Positions 13,656 through 24,600 of a stretch of 64,000 nucleotides of DNA are shown piece by piece. Position 1 is the stretch's first letter. Each line of letters opens with the position of its first letter. The position numbers were made by a program, and so were the translations under genes. Below the pieces are notes generated by a model. That model was not told the origin of the DNA, did not search any database, and saw only the letters and a list, made by a program, of their open reading frames with translations. Source of the DNA: Phoronis australis (Eukaryota > Animalia > Phoronida); contig NMRA01000080.1 of the NCBI GenBank assembly GCA_002633005.1, positions 215,291 to 279,290 of the forward strand. Reading direction: 5' to 3'.

Positions 13656-14125
13656 GGGCTCGTTCCTGGAAAACTCACTTACTTACGACAAATCATAAAC
13701 TTGCATCACTTTTAAGATAAAATTTACAACAGTTTTGCGTCCGTTGTAGAGGAGGCGGTGTGGCCTAGTGTGATAGATGCCCGCTTTCTTTACTCGAGGT
13801 CGTGGGTTCCAGTCCACTAGGTCACACTGCTAAGCCCTTGTATCAGATTTCTATAGCTTCTCACCTCAGTTTTAACTACATATCAACAAAGCATAAAAAA
13901 TGGTTCCAGGTGACCAGTAGAATGAGCAGCCTGCACACGTCTGATACTGCCTGCAATTATTTTATATTTTTAATACCATTCCAAGAAGGTGGTCTTTAGT
14001 TTGGCTACGTTTTTTACTTCATAAGATAAGTCTTACGTTTTACGTAACTTACCGGATGAGGAGGTAGAGACAAATCTGAGACTTAAGTCAGAAACCAACT
14101 AAGTTGGTTTTTTGAAACGGAACCC
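13656..14125. mobile_element. PIF/Harbinger-like MITE (GGG..CGTT..A.GAAA TIR) with a nested SINE
   Basis: Ends gggctcgttcctggaaaact / ttgaaacggaaccc with internal CTTAAG(T) motifs; same family at 62942-63164 and 63808-64000. Confidence 0.5.
13747..13900 (+). mobile_element. tRNA-derived SINE
   Basis: AGAGGAGGCGGTGTGGCCTAGTG (A-box-like) and GGGTTCCAGTCC (B-box-like); homologous to the minus-strand copy at about 31990-32118. Confidence 0.65.
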
Positions 14126-14555
14126 AGAACATGAGTGATTCTATTCAAGGCTCGATCTGGTTCACACAGGCACACAGTTAAAGGCTTTACAGATTACAGA
14201 AACCATTTTAAAGTATCGGTATTTTCACGTGTCCACACAAAATGTACACCTCCGCTAGATTCAACAGATACTATGAGCCTGGTTGATGTTATTTCCAGCA
14301 CTTTATCCAGGATTTCAAAAGTAAGGGTGTCCAAAATGGGGTTCCCAATATTGCAGGGCGTCCATGATTCCAACAACGCATAACCCCCACCTCCACGACC
14401 GATCACCAGTAACACCCCCTCCACACACACACAGTGAGGTTTTTTAAAAAAAAAATGCGTAGACCAAGGCTTTTATATCTAAGTTTACAAAACAACCCTT
14501 TGTAGTGAGCTTTCTTACCCCCAAAAAATTGCATAGACCAACACTTTTACATTTA

Positions 14556-15066
14556 CAGGGCTTGGAATGACCAATGACAAAAAACGCGGAAACTTTGAAA
14601 CTTTTACAGACCAAATCTTGCCCGATAACCAGCCTTGAAATGGTCAGTGTGAACCTTTCCCCGACAAAAAATCGGGAGGACTAAAAAAAAAAAACGTTAC
14701 CACCATCAGTAGCATGCATCTGCGTCCTTTCAGCTCGCCCATCCACTCCCAACCCACACATTTTTGGCTGCAGAGCGGTAGTATTTGTCGCCGTGCTTAA
14801 CAATAACACGAGACGCCATTGAAAATCTCCCACCACGCTGTCCCAGATGCCCCGGCAATGTTGACAATTTATGTTCCTCCGAAACATAAAGAGCAACTTC
14901 CGCTTTTCGAGGTGAACGTCGTCTGCAACGCCGCGGTAAGAAAGGAATTTGCCGCAGAAATTTTACATCAAATCCGATTTTTTTACGCGGAAATATTATA
15001 AAAAAAGCGGAAAGCACATTTGAAAAAAGCGGAAATCCGCGTTTCCGCGGAAAATTCCAAGCCCTG
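14556..15066 (+). mobile_element. 511-bp non-autonomous DNA transposon (hAT-like TIR CAGGGCTTGGAAT) with apparent 6-bp TSD
   Basis: TIRs CAGGGCTTGGAAT / ATTCCAAGCCCTG; CATTTA on both sides (14550-14555, 15067-15072); sub-terminal CGCGGAA repeats. Confidence 0.8.
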
Positions 15067-17989
15067 CATTTAAATTTATGAAAACAGCCAAGCAGCTTAC
15101 CAAACAAATATTAGAGATATTAGTTGAACGATGAGACAGTGCACTATGTTTTTTGTGATCTCGAGTCAAATTGATGTTATGAAGTTTGTCATATCACCTT
15201 ACCTAGCTTTAATATTCTGTATAATTAGAGCTGCAGTTGCAAAAAAAGCAAGAAGAATGCACATATGTGTGGTTTATATTTTGGCAACAGGTGTCACATT
15301 GAAAAGCATGAAACGGGCGCAAACTCAAAAATTTTAAATGGGCATATTCTTGTGGCACAATATAGTTTTAAAATAATGACATTTATTTTGCTTTTGATGT
15401 TTTTTAAAAAAGATGAAAATCGTGAAATTACAGCTCTGAAACACCAGTTTGGAGTTACACCCCCTACATAAAGTAATGAATTATGGAAATAAGGCCACTG
15501 GGAGCATAGCCAGCAGTGGGAGAAACTCTGACAACCAGTCATGTGCTAATGCTTGAAAGGTGTTGGATACTCAATACTTTCAACCTAGTTTGAACATGGC
15601 AACATTTTCCATTACATTGTATATAGGCTGGAGGCCTGTATTTTTTCCTGCTTTGAAAAGCACTGTGATCTCACTTCTCCCTGCAGCTATGTACCTGGGC
15701 TTTTAAGTAATCATTACAATATGTGTCCAAACTTGAAAGGTTCTGATTAACATTGGGCGTCCTTGCCAGGGAGTCCAGAATAGTGCCATGGATGCCTATG
15801 ACATACTCTGCATAAAGGCCTGGTATCCTACCAAAGCTCAATGATATCAAACAGTTCTACTGATGTACTACAAATTTTTATGCAGCAGCAATGAATTTCT
15901 AGAGGTCCAAGGACTATTACAAGGAAAATGGTTTACAACTTAGGAATGACACCCTCGAAACAAGAACAGAATTTTAACAGAGATGCCTGACAAATCCAGT
16001 CACTCCTCACAGCCAATACTGAGAGCCAGACACAACACATGTGACCTCATTGGCCTTTTTGTCTACATACAATGTACCTATTGATGATCTAGTGTCAACA
16101 TTTGCTCCCAGTGAAACCACAGTTTCATATCATAGTAAAGCAGTGTTTAGTTTCTCCCACAGGTTTTAAGAAGCCTCCTCACTAATGGACTGGATTTGCA
16201 ACAACAAAACAAACTCAAGATTTCAGGTGTGGGTAAAGGGTTGAAACGTTACTACAGTTACTATAATTTCCAAAACCAAAGATGACGACAACTCTTGTCA
16301 TTGAAAATCGTCAAGATTCTTAAGCAAAATTTAACATTAATCTTACGTTAATTTTGTCTAGTTATCTTCTTTTTTCACATAACTTCAACTGTACAATATC
16401 AGACAATTTTTTACCTTAATTCACCATCTTCTTTGAAAATCACTGCATAGTAGAAAACAGTTAAGAATCAACACCCAGTTCAATTGAGAAATTTCCACCT
16501 TCTAAATTAGAAACCATAACTGTGAAACCTTAGGAAATTTTCCACTCTCAAATGTCATATTCACAACATCTCGTATAGCACTGCTTTTTTCACCATTCAT
16601 AAACTCTTCCCTGCTATCTGGCACTACTGTGGTAAGAACAACCAGGTTACCACTTCATTGTTACCTTCCACTTCACAATGAGTGAATTTCGGCCAAATAA
16701 TTACAAGAGCATCACAGCCTAGAAATAATTTACATAAACTTTCTCAATAACTAGCATTCGCGTACTAGCGTAAAGTCAGATATTCAAATAATTTTTAATA
16801 CGTTACAATATACTAATTTTAAATTCTTTTTTAGTTGAAACCTTCACTCATTTGTAGCTTTGTGCCTCACATGATGGACATTCTACACTGTTCTGTGCCT
16901 TCCTTGGTTTATTTCATGTGCCCAAATTTTATTTACTTTTGAATATGATTTACTGTATGTTTTATACTTTTTATGTAAGCTATGCCAAAAATGAATTCTG
17001 GGCTAATCTATACATGGATCCACTGGGGTTATCAAACAGTTATCTTCTATGCTAGGAGCATAAACCATTTGTTAATAAGGTGTGTTTAGTTACACAGTCT
17101 AACTTAGACAGTACCACTGTCCATACTTAGCAGTAGAGACGGTGGCACTTTCATAGGGTGCTCATACGCCAGAGGCAAATAATGCCTCACACTCACTGAA
17201 TCATTAGTTGTGTTGTTGTAAGTACTTTTTCCGCTTAGAGGTACAACTTAGGAGGCCGTCAATGTCTTTAATTCCTTCCACATCCCGTAATCCAACTTTT
17301 TTCAAGTAGTCCTTCATAACACTGTCTAAATCAACAACTGGCCACTTTGTACGTGTACTGCTTGCGCCAGGAGATATGACATCATATCCCCTGATGCGAC
17401 TTTTGACTTGTCACTGCTTCATGTTTGTATTTTGTCATGGCTAACGTTTTAAGTTTTGAGAGATAAGTTTCACATAGTGCTTTCACCAAGCTTATTGAGT
17501 AAGGTGGTCCTAGCACAGGCACCTTTAATTAGCTGCTCGTGTATAAATACATGGTAATAGTCGGATAGGTGGGTCCTTGATTTAAAATTGATTTGAGAAA
17601 CAGTAACCACCACTGAATAACGGGGATTATTCGAGGGAAGTACCTGGTTTTCATATTAGGCACCCATGTACGCAACNGCTCGAAGAAAAAGTTTCATAAC
17701 GGGAGTATTTGTTCGAGTTGGAAGGGATTAAACACATCGACAACCTCCTAAGGTGTTCCTCTATGCGCAAAAGGTATTTGTAACAACGTGACTTTGATGG
17801 TTTAGTCGGTGCGAGGCATAATTCGCCGAAAAGCTTCCGGCGTACAGAGCGCCTATAGCCTCTACATCGCCTCTGCTTCGGGCCAACAGAGGCGATGGTC
17901 ATTGCCTACCTAAAGGTTAGAATCAAGTCTGTGAAACATCACTTTTGGCTTGGAATATACTAGTGAAATTACTCCCAGATTTTGGGTAT

Positions 17990-18540
17990 TGCATGGGAGA
18001 ACACACGGGATTTTCCCTAAAAATTCCCCTCTCAGTAAAAGACAGAAGGCACAAAACAGGTGAGCAAGGACCCTCTAGAAATATCACAAAAGAACTTGAT
18101 GGAAGACAACTGGTATAAGTGAAAGACCTCGAAAATGTGTACTTACGCTACATAGCCAGAAAGGTCACGAGCTATATCGAGTGGAGTAGGCCTAGACAGT
18201 GAGCACCGTTTCTAGATGACTCAGGTGGTCACTGTCTAGCCCGCTATCCCGGACTGGTACCAATTCAAGGAGTATACACTCCTAGTACTGTACAAAATGC
18301 CTGCGTCATCATATGTCATGGGAAATCCACCTTCCAACACTCAACAGTCACCCTGTTCTGGGGACTCTGGTGTGGATTTTTTGAATTAATTAAAAGTACC
18401 TGGGGCGTAAGCACGAACTAGAGTCAAAAGATGCTCCTCCACTCATTGGAATTAGGTATATGAACAAACAAAATACAAAACCTGAGCAACCGCCTTTTAC
18501 TTTAGCAACCATAGCATAGTAGCTCTCAAGATGGCGCTGA
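17990..18540. promoter_or_regulatory. Candidate divergent promoter shared by IAP (minus) and CNNM-like gene (plus)
   Basis: Minus-strand donor C|GTAAGT at 18147/18146 (putative non-coding IAP exon 1); kappaB-like GGGATTTTCC 18007-18016, AAAATTCCCC 18020-18029, GGGAAATCC 18320-18328; AP-1 TGACTCA 18217-18223; TGCGTCA 18302; YY1-like CAAGATGGCG 18527-18536; locally CpG-rich. Confidence 0.5.
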
Positions 18541-18641
18541 TCTGCCCAATAAACCACCTCGCTGGTTCCCTGCGTGCCGCTAGAGGGTATCCAGCTGACT
18601 CGGTACTCAGGGAACCACCGAGAGGTGGCGTTGAAAAAAAG

Positions 18642-21600
18642 ATGTCTGCGCACTCGAACTTCGGAAATGTAACATGTATCATTGAGGATTCAGAAACTAT
18701 AGTGTGTAATGGAACACTATACAAAATACCAGAGGCGAAACTCACTTACTTGGATACACTATTCTGGGTTTATCTTGGTATTTACGTTGCTTTGGTTCTT
18801 GTAGCAGGTAAGCCTCGGTGCTTGTTTAGCACTTACAGTCGAGTGACGACAAATTGTCCTAATTTTCGGACGTTTTGGCACATTTTGCATTATGCATTAT
18901 ATTTAATTGAAAATACCACTGATTGTTGTAAATTCTTTGCTGAAATAAAGAGTTACCTTTACGGAATTGTTCTGTTACTATATCTAGTCACCGAAAGCCA
19001 CATTTATGTTCTGACTGATCTTTAAAAAACAACTAGCAAACCTTCGGAGAACCTAAATATCGGACACCATGTTTCCCCCTTACGCCACACCCCGGAAAAC
19101 TGACTAACCAAGTAATGGCCGCGGGCACCTTGTAGCCAAATTTCAGCCCAAGTGTTTTGACATATATGCTACTAGAACACAGCTCTATTCGCAACAAAAT
19201 TATCCATAAAAGGAAATCTGATGACAACGCCAAGTCATTTCGATGAATCAGTGCAGACGACTAAAGCACGTGCAAACTCAATGCAGTTTTAGTATCTCTT
19301 TGCCTTCTTGATATGACACCCGCACGTGCGCAGCTGGGATTTGACTTGAGTTTAAAGACAAATGAAAAAATGAAACGGTGACATATTGTCAGTTCAATGA
19401 GATGATTTCATTGTGAAAAAACATTTTGTTTTCAACTTTTATAACCGATTTATGTGACCGTCCATTTTAGGCTGACTTGGGGGTCTAAATTGTACCCTCT
19501 CTCGGTGAAATCAAAATGAGGCAACGCTGCAAAAAACGAGACGGTGCCGGACATTGAATGCATTTCAGCGGAACAAAAATTGGTGTCATTTAATTCTCAG
19601 ATTGTGCTTCAAGTAAGATTTTATGAAATGTCCGATATTTAAGGTCTGTCTGATAATTAGGTACATTATGTGTATCAATATCGTTGTTGTCCGTGAACTT
19701 GGAATCCTGCTTAATCTCAAGATTTAAAGCAGAAGGGAGTGTTGCGTTAACTTCGAATTTAGTAAGTGCATTTATATGATGATGACGTCAGACGACAAAA
19801 CCTTTCGCACAGATGTGACTACTGGTATGCCACCTAGTGGAAATTTTATTTTTTTACGTTTACCTCTCTATCTTCAAATGTCCTCAACGTATTTTCATAA
19901 AATTTGGTGTACAAGCTTCTGTTAGTGAGGTGACGCTGTCTTTCTGTTTTCAGGTGGATTTGACCTAGTTTGCGCCATCTAGTGGCCATATTTACTGTTT
20001 TTGAGTTTGTTTTTGGCGTCCACCCCTCTATCAACCAAACCACTTTCAGGATATATAGTAAATATATAGATGCTGATGTTGGCCAGTAGTGAAAGAAAAA
20101 TCAGGAACCCCAACTGGGAATCGAACCACAGGTCTCTAGATTGCCGGTCTAGTGCTCTCACCACTGAGTTACTGAGGACCAGATATCTGTTCAGTTACTG
20201 TTTACAGCCAACTGTTAAGTCATACATACGCTTTCTGGGCTTTTCCAGTTAAAACACTTTGCAACAAAATCAGCCATTTCTCTTTAGGCCACTCAACTGA
20301 CACGGCAACTTTCTCAAAACACTGAAAATACTGGTCAACGTCCTTCTACAGTGTTTAGTTACATCAAAACTGCCCTTCAATTTTTATTTTTCTTACTCAA
20401 ACTTTGCCTTCTTCATTTCCCTTTGCAATAATATTTTTTCTCTCTCAAGCGCTAACTGTTGTTGCTGTAACTCTAACTTACTCTCAAACTTCAACTTCTC
20501 AAATGACAGTTGTAATCTAATCTTCTCAATCTCTGTCTCACTCTGAACCCCTACAGTGGGTGATATTTGATCAAGAACATCACCAGTTAACAAATCCTCG
20601 TCTATAAAATGTTGACAAATTATTCTCAGGATTTCACTTTTGCACATAGCTGTCTTTGTAGCAAGACCTATTTTGTTACCAATCGCTAACAAATCTGACT
20701 TTTTGAGTTTTGATAAACAAACAAAAGTAGGATTTGCATAAAATGCTAACAAGAAGTTGTCAACATCCATTGTAACACCCAGTGGACAGTCACAATCAAC
20801 AAGAGACCAGTATCTGCAGGCCTAGTCAGTTACGTCACAATTCGACTTCAATACCAGCCAATTCAGTAAGACAATGCTGAATACACTTGCTATTGAATAC
20901 GTCAAAACTTGCACTTGGCAAAAGAGGGTCGCTACTAACAGACTGAAACCAAATTATCAACAGAATGAATTATACTCAGAACTCCAACAGTCTGTACTAA
21001 ACTCTTAACCTTAACAGTCTGAACAAACTCAACTCATAACTATTTCCACTGTCTAAATTTTTCTACGGTACTATCTCCTGGCTTGGCCCCCAATTTATAT
21101 GTTACGGTAATATAAACAAAAAGAACCACTTTTCAGTTGTTCTGATCTAAATTAATATCTATTTACATATTTACAAACATGATAACAAGTTACGCGAATC
21201 TTGGGACGAAGACAGGGTCGAACATCAGAAACAACAGTCCAAAACTTCAGTCTTCATCACCAAGGCGTCCTCATGCGTTCCATTTGACTCCACCAGTCCA
21301 CCAAAATAATAACAGTCGAGTTCCATACACAAGACGCTGCTGTCCGCGCCGTAGCAAAGGCTCACCACATAAACAAATAACACTCAGTATTTAGAAAGTA
21401 TATAAACAAAACATAAGAAAGTCCAGTCTCAGTGTTCAGATAATTCGTGACACGTCTGCTCACCATCGGCAACCAACTAGAAATCCGATAAAACTCAAAA
21501 CTGACCCCTAGCGGGAATACCTAACATACCTAACAGTTTGCTCACCCTAGCACTGGTCAGATAAAACGGTACCTGATTTTAACCACACAATGACTGATGA

Positions 21601-24600
21601 AACTGGTTCTCAAAATCAGGGACAGTTCCACTGAGTGGAATTAAATATTCATTTTAGTCAATCGGGTGATTTGTTTCGAACAATGTAAAGGTTTTTTCTA
21701 ATTATTGACCCATCAGTCATCCATTTTCCCATGCGTTACATTGAAGGAGAAATTACTGAATGTTTGATGAATCAACAGTGGCCTCATATATTATGGGATA
21801 TGCAAAAACGAAAATAATGTTTCCATGTATACTCCGCTACACAAATCTGTATCTATATATTTACACAAACCTGTGAAAAATTCAGTTCCATGCACCCGTC
21901 GCCGCCCGTTTCCCTGTTGCTGGAGAGATGTGGATATTAGAAAGCACTCGCTGTCATTGACTATAATTGGGAGCCATCTACCATCTGCGGAATTTGGGGT
22001 GCACACCTCGCTGGTATGTCACTGCACTGGGGCGTGGCGCAACAGCATCTGCACACTTATTTCACCTTTGGGTTGTTGGCTTGCCCAGGTTGACTTATGA
22101 GGTTCGCGTTTGTTCAGCAACTCTGCCCTCTCTAGAAAATATACCTGTAGTGATGCCAACAACAATGGCTGATAAACGGTGCTTTTCTCAGAACTTAGAA
22201 AAATGTTCAAAGGCCGGGCGGCATTTCTGAAACTGGTAACAATGTCTGATAAACAGTGCTTTTCTTGGGGCTCGTAGAGGCCAGCACAGGGACTGACTGT
22301 GCTGTGGACTGCGTGCATTGCGACGCGACTATGAAGGAACTTGCCACGCGTACTGGCCAGCTTGGCGACAGGTAACATTTGGGTTGTTACCCCCTGCCTG
22401 CAGCCCTGCCTTTTCTGGAACTGAAAGGTGCTTCTAAATCTGGTAACAATGGCTGATAAATGGTACTTTTCTTTGGATTTTGAAAACTTTTTGAAATTAG
22501 CAGAGGTCAGCGCAAGGACTGACCTGGCTGTGGAATGTATCGCGAGGCAACCACACGGGAGCTTGCCATTGGGTATTGAGAAAATCCTGTCAAGCATACA
22601 GCCCGAAGTTGAACCTGAATAGGCGCCAGCTGGCTAGTGCATGGCAATCTCTCACAAGGTCGGGAGATGTTAGAATTTCGATTTATATTTAATGACTATT
22701 TGAATGCAAGGAAAGAGAAATGGTGCAATTTAGTTTCTTCTGGAATGTTCTAGAAATGCGATACACAGGCATTTGGCCACTCTTGCCAACATGACACACA
22801 AGTGAGAAGATTCGCTATAATTAGTGTTTGCGTAAAATGAAAGAGTCAGGTTCAACTTTTTTTGAAGTGGTCATAGCCCGCCTTCCGTCACAAAAACATC
22901 TTTTGATTTAGACCACTTGCAGTTATGACAGACAATGATCTCAAATAGATCCTTAGTCAAACTGGAGGTGATTTCAGGACTTCAAAGAACTATCAGTTTG
23001 TTACTTCTTCACAACTTAAGTTTTATAACTTTAAATGGCTCAAATCAAAATTGGTATTTACAATAAGCACAGGTTTTATTATGCTGCCTTAAATTATAAT
23101 AACCTTTTTAAATTTACAGGATTGATGTCTGGTCTGACTATGGGACTTCTTTCCTTAGACATTCTCAGCCTCCAAGTTCTCAAGGAGGGTGGCGATAACC
23201 GACAAAAGAAACACGCAGGCAAAATCCTGCCCATCGTCAAGCGCCACCACCTTCTTCTGGTCACTCTGCTATTGGCTAACGCTGCCGCTGTGGAATCGAT
23301 GCCACTGTTTCTGGATAAAATCTCTGACCCAATTACAGCTATTTGTGTGTCAGTGACTGCCGTGTTGTTATTTGGAGAGTAGGTTTTTGATTTCTTGATT
23401 TAGAACACATGTAGCAGAAAATTTGTACATCTGATGAAATAGGTGTTTTCTTGTATCAAGTCACCTTTGTTAGTAAATAGCCATTTTATCCCTGGTTTGT
23501 GTTTCCTGTTGTTATCCTGTTATTTATACTTGATTGTTGATTTGATTTTATACTGTATTGTGCACAACCCTGTGATATTGGAAGCAAATTTGTCTGCATA
23601 GAGTTTTCAAAAGAAAAAGTTGACAAATTGCTGTCTCGTCTATAAGTAGCGAAATTTCAAAGTAAAATTTCTCACCTATTCTACACGAAATTCATAAACT
23701 TTTTTGAAAGTACTCCATCTCAGTCAATTTTTGAAAGCAATGTATCTCAGCCATTTTCATTTGACGCTTATTAAGTATCTTTATTTTACAGGGTTCTTCC
23801 TCAAGCACTTTGCACTCGATTTGGCCTAGCTATCGGTGCAACTTGTGTTCCGTAAGTTACATTATTTTGTACTTGCATACCTTTACATTGTTATACCCTT
23901 GGGTGTAATTTCGCGTAGGCAGTTTTGATTAATCCTCTACCAACAGCCATCTCATATTATCGTGATGCCACATTTTTTGTGCAGTTGTTCAGTAGAGCTA
24001 CTGAAGTCAACACCTACCAAATTTACTATTTTTGGCGATCCCTCAATGTGTATGAAAACATCCTGCTGAGCATGTGAATTGTATTCATGTATTACTTTCT
24101 GCAGCAACAAGGCATGAAGTGCAGGTATTGATTTGTTCATATTTCACCCGTGACTGTCAGTATTTTCCCTGAAGATGATGTAGTGTTAAGTTCATCATTG
24201 GTTGTTGTATAAAGTGCACATAAATATCAAATATGTTAGACTATGGATATTACGGCATTTGGGTTAAAAAAGGAGCACAGGCAGTCTGAAGTGTTTTGGG
24301 GTGTATAAGACGTGGACAGTTCTCTTGGTTGGGCCTGTTACACAATACACATTAGCTAAATGTCACGAGAACTCTGTTATCAATCGACATGTTCTTTGTG
24401 GAAGAGGTTTTCAAGTCTGCCTGTCTCTTTCTAAAAAAATGGACACACTTTTCCATTTTGCGCCACTCATTATATGTTGTAGGCATGAAATGGTGCCATC
24501 CAATAGCTTACTCCTTTGCCTATAATAACCTGGGCAAGACACTACCAGGTGCTTAGGGTTTCCTACGTCACTACCACACTCATGGCACATTTGGCTACCC

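Noticed and set aside
20104-20180. Functional tRNA-Ala gene
   Set aside because: Acceptor stem is mismatched, the anticodon loop is non-canonical, and it is embedded among TE fragments; treated as a SINE head or pseudogene.
22019-22597. 192-aa minus-strand ORF
   Set aside because: No recognisable domain; it overlaps diverged repeats antisense within an intron.
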